In this document: in pieces, positions 28,590 through 36,910 of the stretch
How positions within the stretch are numbered: the first letter of the stretch is position 1
Layout: the number at the start of each line of letters is the position of its first letter
Assembly (NCBI GenBank): GCA_043803405.1
Contig: JAZDKB010000043.1
Coordinates: forward strand, 38,829 to 102,828
Reading direction: 5' to 3'
Source: Spirochaetota bacterium
Lineage (GTDB): Bacteria; Spirochaetota; UBA4802; JAFGDQ01
Length of the DNA stretch: 64,000 nucleotides
The notes under the pieces: generated by a model
Databases searched by the model: none
Told to the model about the DNA's origin: nothing
Seen by the model: only the letters and a program-made list of their open reading frames with translations
Program-made: the position numbers and the translations under genes

Positions 28590-28907
28590 ATGCTGGGAAT
28601 ATCGGATTCTGCCGTAAAACAATTTAAACAAATTCTTGAGGATTCGAATGCGTCCAAATCAGGAATACGTATTTTTATGTCCGGCCAGAGCTGCTGCGGG
28701 GTTTCATACGGCATGGGCATAACTGAAAATGGAGACAAAAACGACCAACTGCTGGAAAAAGATGGTCTGAAAATTTTCATTGATTCTGTAATTTCCGAAG
28801 GCCTTTCAGAAGCAACTATCGATTTCAATCAGCAGGGCTTTGTGATACAGGGAAATCCTTCATCAGGATGCTCATCGGGATGTTCATCCGGAGGATGCTG
28901 TTCGTAA
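28590..28907 (+). CDS. HesB/IscA-like Fe-S assembly accessory protein with Cys-rich tail
   Basis: ISDSAVKQFK..GIRIF..SCCGVSYGM..D..DGLKIFID..ATIDF..GFVI. Confidence 0.8.
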   Translation: MLGISDSAVKQFKQILEDSNASKSGIRIFMSGQSCCGVSYGMGITENGDKNDQLLEKDGLKIFIDSVISEGLSEATIDFNQQGFVIQGNPSSGCSSGCSSGGCCS

Positions 28908-29063
28908 ATAGTGAAAAACTAATTACTCTGGTAATATTATACGGTTTTCAATATAATTTAGAGCAGTTTAGAGTAACAAATATTATTTCATCGGCTACTA
29001 TTATTCAAAAATAAAATAATATAAGCTGGAGAAAACAAAGTGAATACTGATAGGAGATTAGTT

Positions 29064-29390
29064 ATGTCGCCGCAAATAAATCAGTGGGTTCGCCCTGCCT
29101 GAGACCGCCCGGAAGGCTGAGACCACTCAGCTGATGAATACCGTGTAGTATTCTTCCCGGACGGGTCAAAGACAGGACTAATAGGTTTAAACGCTTTATT
29201 TGAAGACGCTTACTTTGAAGGCAGGAAACCGGATAAGCTATTAGCAAAAGAAATAGTAAAGAAGCTGTCCGAAAGAAATTATGTTCCTCCGAACAGCATA
29301 AATGAATACGAATATATTGTTAATAGTCTCTATGAAGAATATTTCGAAGTAAATGAACGCAATAAAAAGGATGCCTTGAAAGAGAAGTAG
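29064..29390 (+). CDS. Candidate selenoprotein with two in-frame UGA (Sec) codons, 108 aa
   Basis: AGGAGA RBS; reads MSPQINQWVRPA-U-DRPEG-U-DHSADEYRVVFFPDGSKTGLIGLNALFEDAYFEGRKPDKLLAKEIVKKLSERNYVPPNSINEYEYIVNSLYEEYFEVNERNKKDALKEK*. UGA at 29100-29102 and 29118-29120; alternative in-frame GTG start at 29040. Confidence 0.72.
29133..29156 (+). promoter_or_regulatory. Bacterial SECIS-like hairpin
   Basis: GA-T-GAATAC-CGTGTA-GTATTC-T-TC; the apical loop starts 21 nt after the second UGA and has GU near its 5' side. Confidence 0.55.
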
Positions 29391-29482
29391 TGTCAAAATA
29401 AAAGGACAAAACTTTTTATATAGTATAAAAATAAAAAATTAAATGTTCTATATTGCAGTAAAAAATTACTTTTTGTTTTTAG

Positions 29483-29505
29483 TATTTTGCTATTTTGGCA
29501 AATAG
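29483..29505 (+). promoter_or_regulatory. Second copy of the putative ArsR operator
   Basis: TATTTTGCTATTTTGGCAAATAG, 20/23 identical to the hgcA copy. Confidence 0.65.
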
Positions 29506-29608
29506 TAATTATAAAATCCACCGGGCTGATTATCTCAATTGTGTCAGGCCGGGATAAAGGAAAGGTAATTTCTATAAATGATTAATCTAAAAGCAAGGAT
29601 CTGAAAAT

Positions 29609-30613
29609 ATGTTTATATTCGGGTGGTTAAATAATCAGCTTTTAAGAATGGAATGGCTATCCAGCCTGACGAAAATACTGGTAGAAAATGTATTTGGTCT
29701 AAGTATGTCAGAAAGGATTGGAGGCAGCATACATTTTTTTATATATGATGTTATCAAAATATTTATTTTATTATCTGTATTGATATTCTGTATTTCATAC
29801 GTGCAAAGTTTTTTTCCGCCCGAGAGGACGAGAAAAATACTGGGAAAATATAATGGCCTAACGGCCAATATATTTGGTGCGCTATTTGGAACAATAACAC
29901 CTTTTTGCTCTTGTTCTTCAATACCTCTTTTTATAGGGTTTACCAACGCAGGACTCCCTATAGGTGTTACCTTTTCGTTTTTAATATCCTCTCCCCTTGT
30001 CGATCTGGCATCGTTAATTTTAATTGCCAGTATATTCAACTGGAAAATTGCGATTGCTTATGTGTTTGTTGGGCTTATACTTGCTGTTATTGGCGGAACC
30101 ATTATAAGCAGGGCGAAGCTGGAGAAATATGTAGAGCCTTTCGTTTTCAGTAATAAAATGGCAGATATAGAGCAGGAAAAATTGACTGCCAGGGACAGAA
30201 TAAATTTTGCGAAAGACCAGGTAAGGGACATTGTAAAAAGAGTCTGGATGTATATCCTCATAGGAGTCGGGATCGGGGCTGCTATTCATAACTGGATTCC
30301 TGAAAGTGTGATTTCAATGGTGCTTGGCAATGATAAATGGTATTCAGTGCTTGTAGCAACAATCATAGGTATTCCGATGTATGCTGATATATTTGGCACT
30401 TTGCCTATTGCAGAAGCCCTGGTTTTAAAAGGAGTAGGACTTGGAACAGCATTATCTTTCATGATGGCAGTTACGGCGCTTTCACTTCCTTCAATGATCA
30501 TGCTGAAAAACGTAGTCAAAACAAAATTATTAGTAATATTCTTCGGCGTTGTATCAATTGGAATAATAATCATTGGATATGTTTTTAATATTTTTGGAAA
30601 TTTGTTAGTGTAA
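29609..30613 (+). CDS. ArsP/DUF318-family permease
   Basis: TPFCSCSSIP, FLISSPLVD, GIPMYAD, ALSLPS motifs. Confidence 0.9.
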   Translation: MFIFGWLNNQLLRMEWLSSLTKILVENVFGLSMSERIGGSIHFFIYDVIKIFILLSVLIFCISYVQSFFPPERTRKILGKYNGLTANIFGALFGTITPFCSCSSIPLFIGFTNAGLPIGVTFSFLISSPLVDLASLILIASIFNWKIAIAYVFVGLILAVIGGTIISRAKLEKYVEPFVFSNKMADIEQEKLTARDRINFAKDQVRDIVKRVWMYILIGVGIGAAIHNWIPESVISMVLGNDKWYSVLVATIIGIPMYADIFGTLPIAEALVLKGVGLGTALSFMMAVTALSLPSMIMLKNVVKTKLLVIFFGVVSIGIIIIGYVFNIFGNLLV

Positions 30614-30715
30614 CTTGAACTAATAATAACTTGTTAAAATGTATGTAAATATATCCGGCTGACAATCTGTCTTAGGAAAGCGGATAAAAGAAATAAACTA
30701 ATAAGGGGTAAACTC

Positions 30716-30949
30716 ATGAAAAAAATAGAAATTCTCGGGACCGGTTGTGCTAAATGTGAAAAGCTTGAAGATCTCGTCAGAAAAGCCGCAGGTGAAATTG
30801 GTGTTGATGCCGAAATTATTAAAGTTAAGGATATTAAAAAGATAATGGAATATGGAGTCATGACAACGCCTGCGCTTGTGGTGGATGGTGAAGTTATGGT
30901 TGCGGGAAGAGTGCCATCCATCGAAGATGTAAAAAAATATATCAAATGA
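30716..30949 (+). CDS. Small redox-active disulfide protein (MTH895/thioredoxin_3 type)
   Basis: IEILGTGCAKC, YGVMTTPALVVDG. Confidence 0.92.
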   Translation: MKKIEILGTGCAKCEKLEDLVRKAAGEIGVDAEIIKVKDIKKIMEYGVMTTPALVVDGEVMVAGRVPSIEDVKKYIK

Positions 30950-31044
30950 ATGAGTCCGGTTGATAGCTCAATAAAAAAACTTGTAATTTGTATTGAATAT
31001 AAATTGAATATTGCAGGTATATAATTTTTAGAGGAGAGTGTTGT

Positions 31045-31572
31045 ATGAAGTCTTTAAAAAGGTTCGCAGTTTTTTTTGTCATAATCGCCTTTGCCCTTAT
31101 AGCTGGCAACGTAGAACCCGATCATTCATCTAAATGCGGCTTCGAAACATCATTCCCATTTTCTCTTTTCACAAAAATATTTGAAACTGCGGCGGAGAGT
31201 CCTGCCGGCGATACTCACAGACATGAAACAGATGGAGCAGCTTCCCTTCTGGGCGCTGTTGCATACGCGCAGAAAAAAGCCGCGAATATAAAAGTCACGT
31301 TTATTGAACTCGGTTCGGTCAACTGCATTCCGTGCAGAATGATGCAGCCTGTAATGAAGCAGGTTGAAGAAAAATACAGCGATCAGGTTAAAGTCATTTT
31401 TTATGATGTATGGACGGAAAATGGACGACCATTTGGGCAAGTATACAAAATCAGGGCAATTCCCACGCAGATTTTCCTTGATTCTAATGGAAAGGAATAC
31501 TTTCGTCATGAAGGATTTTATCCCTTTGAGGAACTTGAAAAAATACTGAAAAAGGGCGGCGTACGCCGATGA
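31045..31572 (+). CDS. Exported thioredoxin family protein
   Basis: Signal peptide; ELGSVNCIPC, IRAIPTQIF, RHEGF. Confidence 0.88.
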   Translation: MKSLKRFAVFFVIIAFALIAGNVEPDHSSKCGFETSFPFSLFTKIFETAAESPAGDTHRHETDGAASLLGAVAYAQKKAANIKVTFIELGSVNCIPCRMMQPVMKQVEEKYSDQVKVIFYDVWTENGRPFGQVYKIRAIPTQIFLDSNGKEYFRHEGFYPFEELEKILKKGGVRR

Positions 31573-32288
31573 TACTTGATTTTTTCACAGCGCTTTCGAA
31601 CATGCTTTCTTCTTCACCCGGTATAGCGCTTACGGGATCAGTTCTATGGGGCATAGCGAGCATAATACTGTCTCCGTGCCATCTCGCAAGCATTCCGCTC
31701 GTGGTCGGCTTTATCGATAAGCAGGGGCAGATAACAACAGGCAGGGCGGCAGCGATATCCAGCCTGTTTTCCTTCGGCATTCTTATCACAATTGGACTGG
31801 TAGGCGTGATTACAGGCATACTTGGAAGAATGCTGGGCGATGTTGGGCAGTACGGAAATATCGCAGTGTCTGTTATTCTGATAATTATAGGCATGTACTT
31901 GACGGGCATTATCCGCCTTCCTTTTCTTGAAAACGGAATAAACCAGCCCGGCTTTAAAAAGAAGGGCCTTATTGCGGCATTTTTTTTGGGTCTTATATTC
32001 GGGCTCGCGCTGGGGCCCTGCACATTCGCTTATATGGCTCCGATGCTTGGGGTTGCATTTAACGTAGCGTCAACAAACCTCGGTTATGCTGTGGCGCTTG
32101 TTGCTGCGTACGCATTAGGGCATTGCTCGGTCATAATAATCGCGGGAACATTTACCGAGACTGTAAATCACTTGCTCCGCTGGAACGAAAACTCAAAAGG
32201 CGCGCTTATTGTTAAAAAGATATGCGGAACCCTGGTGATCATAGCAGGCATTTATATGATGATAACTTCAGTTAGAACATTTTATTAA
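31569..32288 (+). CDS. ccdA: CcdA/DsbD-beta family disulfide transporter
   Basis: LSPCHL and GPCTF conserved Pro-Cys motifs; multi-TM. Confidence 0.85.
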   Translation: MILDFFTALSNMLSSSPGIALTGSVLWGIASIILSPCHLASIPLVVGFIDKQGQITTGRAAAISSLFSFGILITIGLVGVITGILGRMLGDVGQYGNIAVSVILIIIGMYLTGIIRLPFLENGINQPGFKKKGLIAAFFLGLIFGLALGPCTFAYMAPMLGVAFNVASTNLGYAVALVAAYALGHCSVIIIAGTFTETVNHLLRWNENSKGALIVKKICGTLVIIAGIYMMITSVRTFY

Positions 32289-32315
32289 ACTAAAACATGC
32301 TTAAACGAAATATTT

Positions 32316-33566
32316 ATGAAAAATAAATCTAATATATTTTCATGGATAATAATAACGGCTTCGCTTGCCGGTCTTGCTTTGAGCGTGCTTTTGATCTTCG
32401 AATATTTCGGCGTATCGCCTGCCGCAGCCGATGCTGTATGCTCTCGCGGGCGCGGAGGCATTAATGCGTGCACCATTGTTTCGGCAAGCCGCTTCGCTGC
32501 TTTGAGGGGAGTGCCGCTCATTGGCGATTTACCTGTAGCAGTTTTTGGATTTGTATTTTACGGCTTTATTGCAGCGCTTGTCATTTTACAATTTTTCCGG
32601 AAAAACAGCAATGATACACTTCAAATGCATGCCGTCATTTTAGTTCTGTCAGTAGCAGCTCTTCTAAGCGATATCTTTCTATATTTTATTTCCATATTTA
32701 TAATTAAGTTCGTCTGCCCTCTCTGCATTATGACTTACGCAGCAACAGCGGTCATACTGTTATTTTCGATTATACTGGTTAAGAGCAGTAAAGATTCTGC
32801 AGAAGGATCATTTATCGAAAAAATGAAAGATTATCTTAGAAAAGAAATCCTGCTATTCGCAGTTATCGCTGTTGCTCTCGCAGCAGCCGGAATAAGCATT
32901 GGCGTAAGCGCGCGCATGATTGCGCAAACAAAGGAATCCTCGACTTATGAAGAACGATTGAAAGGCGCCATACGCCGGTACGAAACTGCAAAGGCCGCTA
33001 CTATTGATTTAAAAAATAGTATCTATACCGGCAAACAGGATGCCCCTGTAAGTTTCGTTGTATTCTTTGATTTTACTTGCAGCCATTGCAGCGAAGAAAT
33101 GCTGATACTTGAAGACCTGTTAAAAAAATATGAAAATGCTATTGCAATTTCATTTAAAAATTTTCCATTGAACGGAGACTGCACTGAACTCGAAAACAGT
33201 AAAGCAGACAGCGATGCAGAAAGTTGCATTGCTGCTGCAGCAGGTTTATGCGCGGACCGTCAGGGAAAATTCATGGAATATGCAAAACTGCTTTTTAAGA
33301 ATTATCATAATGAAAAGATCGGTTTTACAAAAAAATCGGTACGGAACGCAGCTCAGACAGCAGGCTTAAACATACTGGGTTTTGACACCTGCTTTTTATC
33401 AAAAGAGATAAAAGACCAGCTGTTGCTGGAAATAAAAGAAGCAGAAAAAATCGGGGTAGAGAGTACTCCGGCTATATTTCTCAATGGAAGACTATTGGCC
33501 GGAAAATCCCGCAAAGCGGATATGCTCGAAGGGCTGGTGCAGTATTGCCTAAAAAGAAATAAATAA
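32316..33566 (+). CDS. VKOR-DsbA fusion protein
   Basis: VKOR loop Cys pair (VCS..NAC), CPLC; DsbA domain DFTCSHC, FPL, STPAIFLNG. Confidence 0.88.
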   Translation: MKNKSNIFSWIIITASLAGLALSVLLIFEYFGVSPAAADAVCSRGRGGINACTIVSASRFAALRGVPLIGDLPVAVFGFVFYGFIAALVILQFFRKNSNDTLQMHAVILVLSVAALLSDIFLYFISIFIIKFVCPLCIMTYAATAVILLFSIILVKSSKDSAEGSFIEKMKDYLRKEILLFAVIAVALAAAGISIGVSARMIAQTKESSTYEERLKGAIRRYETAKAATIDLKNSIYTGKQDAPVSFVVFFDFTCSHCSEEMLILEDLLKKYENAIAISFKNFPLNGDCTELENSKADSDAESCIAAAAGLCADRQGKFMEYAKLLFKNYHNEKIGFTKKSVRNAAQTAGLNILGFDTCFLSKEIKDQLLLEIKEAEKIGVESTPAIFLNGRLLAGKSRKADMLEGLVQYCLKRNK

Positions 33567-33599
33567 ATTTTAATAATTATAATTTTTAGGAGAAATAAA

Positions 33600-34649
33600 A
33601 TGTCCGATTCAGTAACAAAAAAACTTTCTTTTCTTGACCGTTATTTAACTCTATGGATATTCCTTGCCATGGCAATAGGCGTAGGACTTGGATATTTTGT
33701 TCCTTCAACCGCAGCCTTCTGGAACCAGTTCCAGAGCGGCACAACCAATATCCCCATTGCTATTGGCCTTATACTCATGATGTACCCGCCTCTCGCAAAA
33801 GTAAAGTATGAAGAGCTCGGTGACGTATTCAGAAACTGGAAAATACTTCTGCTGTCTCTCGTGCAAAACTGGATAATTGGGCCTGTGCTGATGTTCTTTC
33901 TTGCAATCACCTTCCTTGCCGGATACCCGGAATATATGGTAGGCCTAATAATGATAGGCCTCGCGCGATGCATCGCAATGGTAATAGTGTGGAACGAACT
34001 CGCGTGCGGAGATACCGAGTACGCAGCAGGGCTTGTCGCATTTAACAGCATTTTTCAGGTACTTTTTTTCAGCGTGTATGCTTGGTTCTTCATAACAGTA
34101 CTGCCTCCGATGTTCGGGCTTAAGGGCAGCGCAGTGGACATTACAATAGGCCAGATCGCGGAAAGCGTCTTTATTTATCTCGGTATACCTTTTATTGCAG
34201 GAATAATCACGAGATTCACGCTTATCAAATTAAAAAACAAAGTATGGTATCACTCAAAATTTATTCCCAGGATAAGCCCGATCACCCTTATAGCGCTTCT
34301 GTTTACGATTGTCGTTATGTTCAGCCTCAAAGGCGAATACATAGTAAAAATACCCATGGACGTTGTACGCATCGCAATTCCGCTTTTAATATATTTTATT
34401 GTAATGTTTCTGTTAAGCTTTTTCATGAGCAAAAAAGTCGGAGCCGATTATCCGAAATCAGCTACCCTTTCTTTCACTGCGGCAAGCAACAACTTTGAGC
34501 TTGCAATAGCAGTAGCTGTCGCTGTTTTCGGAATCAATTCGGGAGCTGCTTTTGCCGCAGTTATAGGCCCGCTGGTTGAAGTCCCTGTGCTTATCGGGCT
34601 TGTGAATGTGGCGCTGTATTTCAGAAAGAAATACTTTGCAAAGGCTTAA
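33600..34649 (+). CDS. acr3: Arsenite efflux transporter Acr3
   Basis: [49 protein letters not shown]. Confidence 0.97.
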   Translation: MSDSVTKKLSFLDRYLTLWIFLAMAIGVGLGYFVPSTAAFWNQFQSGTTNIPIAIGLILMMYPPLAKVKYEELGDVFRNWKILLLSLVQNWIIGPVLMFFLAITFLAGYPEYMVGLIMIGLARCIAMVIVWNELACGDTEYAAGLVAFNSIFQVLFFSVYAWFFITVLPPMFGLKGSAVDITIGQIAESVFIYLGIPFIAGIITRFTLIKLKNKVWYHSKFIPRISPITLIALLFTIVVMFSLKGEYIVKIPMDVVRIAIPLLIYFIVMFLLSFFMSKKVGADYPKSATLSFTAASNNFELAIAVAVAVFGINSGAAFAAVIGPLVEVPVLIGLVNVALYFRKKYFAKA

Positions 34650-34670
34650 GCAACTAAGGGGTAAAATACA

Positions 34671-34838
34671 ATCCAAAAAAGAATTATAAAACTCAGTTTA
34701 ATTGCTGCAGGTGCATTACTGTCAACCGCGTTCTTATCCGCGCAGCCCTCGATTCATTTTGAAAAACTGGAACACGATTTCGGCCTACAGATAAGACCTT
34801 TAAATATTATAATTATTAATATTTGGAACCATTATTAA
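34671..34838 (+). pseudogene. Truncated remnant of an exported DUF1573-like gene
   Basis: RBS-like AAGGGG, then ATC in place of ATG; reads (I)QKRIIKLSLIAAGALLSTAFLSAQPSIHFEKLEHDFG and then degenerates into AT-rich sequence. Confidence 0.55.
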
Positions 34839-34919
34839 AATGAAAGGTCTAAGAAACTATATTCGACTTGCGTTTTTCATCTAAACAATTATAATTATTT
34901 ACGCGTTGCCGGAGGCATT

Positions 34920-35663
34920 ATGGAACTTATTCACGCTGACGATTTAAAAAAGAATTACCCTGTAGGCGAAATAACCGTATCCGCGCTAAAGGGCTTGAGT
35001 TTCTCGATTGAGACTTCTTCGTTTATTTCGTTCGTCGGGCCTTCAGGAAGCGGCAAGACCACGCTTCTCAACATTCTCGGCTGTCTCGATACCCCGACAA
35101 GCGGAAATGTCCTGATAGACGGAACCGACATTTTAAAACTAAACAGAAATGAAAGAGCTGATTTTCGCGGGCAGAATATAGGTTTTATTTTTCAGGATTT
35201 TAACCTTATGCCGGTGCTCACTGTTTTTGAGAATATTGAATATCCGCTGATAATGATACAAAACGTGCAAAAGGATGAACGTATAAAACGCGTCAGCAAA
35301 CTCCTTACTGAGGTCGGGATGGAAGATCAAAAGGACAAGTACCCTGACCAGATATCCGGCGGGCAGAAGCAGCGCGTGGCCATCGCCCGCGCCCTCGCGA
35401 CAAATCCGAAAATAGTGCTCGCGGACGAACCCACTGCCAACCTCGACCATGAAACCGCTTACAAGGTCATCGGGATCATGAAAAAAATGAAGGACGAGTT
35501 CGGCACTACTTTTATTTTTTCCACTCACGACCAGAAAATAGTCGGCGAGGCAGAGATAATTTACACGCTTGAAGACGGCCTGCTGACAGGGAGAAAGGTT
35601 ATCACGCGAAAGAAAGTAAAGAAACAATCGATAGGAGGGAAAGCTCATGCAAAGCATAATTAA
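34920..35663 (+). CDS. ABC transporter ATP-binding protein (LolD/MacB-like)
   Basis: [41 protein letters not shown]. Confidence 0.93.
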   Translation: MELIHADDLKKNYPVGEITVSALKGLSFSIETSSFISFVGPSGSGKTTLLNILGCLDTPTSGNVLIDGTDILKLNRNERADFRGQNIGFIFQDFNLMPVLTVFENIEYPLIMIQNVQKDERIKRVSKLLTEVGMEDQKDKYPDQISGGQKQRVAIARALATNPKIVLADEPTANLDHETAYKVIGIMKKMKDEFGTTFIFSTHDQKIVGEAEIIYTLEDGLLTGRKVITRKKVKKQSIGGKAHAKHN

Positions 35664-36882
35664 AATAGCCCTTCGCAACCTTATACGCTATAAACGCCGC
35701 ACCATATTGACAATGTCCCTCATCAGCATAGGAGTTGTTTTCGTAGTGTTATATATAGCGGTTTCAGGATCATTTAAAAGCCTTATAATCGGACAGATCA
35801 CGGATTCAATGCTCGGCCATGCACAGATACACAGAAAGGGATTTGTTGCCTCAATAGACAATCTGCCTCTTAATCTCACCCTTAACATGCAGGAGTACAG
35901 TGTAATTGAAGACATATTAAAAAATCAGAAAAACGTGGAAGCTTATTCCCCGCGCGTAAAGCTGGGAGGCATGTTCAGCAATTTTGCTGAAACAACAAAT
36001 ATACGGCTTAACGGAATATATCCGGAAAAAGAATTTAAAACAACGCCGTTGCTCCCAAAAAGAATTATCAAGGGAAGCGCGTCTCTTAATCGCGGAGAAA
36101 TACTCATCCCCGAGCTTTTAGCGCAGGGCATGAAGGTGAAGCCCGGCGGTCAGGCTGTTATTATCGCAACGAACAGGGACGGGTCCGTGAACGGGATGCA
36201 ATTTACCGTTTCAGGCATACTAAGCAGCGTTGTGGGGACTGGCGGCCGGGACGGATACATTAATTTTGACGATGCGGTTGAACTCCTCCGTATGGAAAAG
36301 CCCGAAGTCAGCGAGATCGCGATCCGCCTTAAAGATTTTAACAAACTCGGGGATTTTGAAAAGTACATAAAAAAAACGATCATGGGGCTTACGAGTGACA
36401 AAAAACCGGTTTACGAAGCGCATACATGGGAAGGCCTTTCACCTTTCGTGAACATTGCGAACATGGTGGATGTAATGACTTTTTTTATACGCATAATGCT
36501 CATCGCAATAGTGCTTATAAGCATAATGAACGTAATGACAATGGCGGTTTATGAACGGATAAGAGAGATAGGAACAGTGGCAGCCATAGGCACAAAGCCT
36601 GGGAAAATACTTTTAATGTATCTCACTGAAAGTTTCTTTCTTGGGATTGCCGGCTCCGTTACAGGTATAATTCTCGGTTTTATTATAATAGCAATAATAA
36701 ACGCCGTCGGAGTGACATTTGACTTCGGCAGGCAGGAAGGCCTTGTAATACACGCTTCCCTCGGAGCTATTCAAAGTATTGTTATAATGTTAACTGTTCT
36801 TATTGTTTCCATTGCCGGAGGGTTTTACCCTGCATATAAAGCATCCATGATGGAACCGGTCGAAGCCCTGAGGCACGTATAG
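35647..36882 (+). CDS. ABC transporter permease (LolE/FtsX-like)
   Basis: IALRNLIRYKRRT, MAVYERIREIGT, YPAYKAS.MEPVEALRHV. Confidence 0.92.
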   Translation: MQSIIKIALRNLIRYKRRTILTMSLISIGVVFVVLYIAVSGSFKSLIIGQITDSMLGHAQIHRKGFVASIDNLPLNLTLNMQEYSVIEDILKNQKNVEAYSPRVKLGGMFSNFAETTNIRLNGIYPEKEFKTTPLLPKRIIKGSASLNRGEILIPELLAQGMKVKPGGQAVIIATNRDGSVNGMQFTVSGILSSVVGTGGRDGYINFDDAVELLRMEKPEVSEIAIRLKDFNKLGDFEKYIKKTIMGLTSDKKPVYEAHTWEGLSPFVNIANMVDVMTFFIRIMLIAIVLISIMNVMTMAVYERIREIGTVAAIGTKPGKILLMYLTESFFLGIAGSVTGIILGFIIIAIINAVGVTFDFGRQEGLVIHASLGAIQSIVIMLTVLIVSIAGGFYPAYKASMMEPVEALRHV

Positions 36883-36910
36883 CATATTGTATTTTCGGAG
36901 GACGCCATAT

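Noticed and set aside
29100..29120. Genome-wide UGA reassignment (Trp/Gly) as the explanation for the in-frame TGAs
   Set aside because: TGA acts as a normal stop elsewhere (lptB, ribH, and ATGA overlaps at lptC/lptA, hgcA/hgcB and trx/ccdA), and Trp is encoded by TGG.
29062..29247. 61-aa minus-strand ORF from the track
   Set aside because: Shadow of the plus-strand UGA-containing frame, which has an RBS and matches the orientation of the cluster.
29521..30972. Similar short CCGG(G)(C/T)TGA elements at 29521, 30655 and 30956 in successive spacers
   Set aside because: Similarity is too short and degenerate to distinguish from chance; two form hairpins but with different structures.
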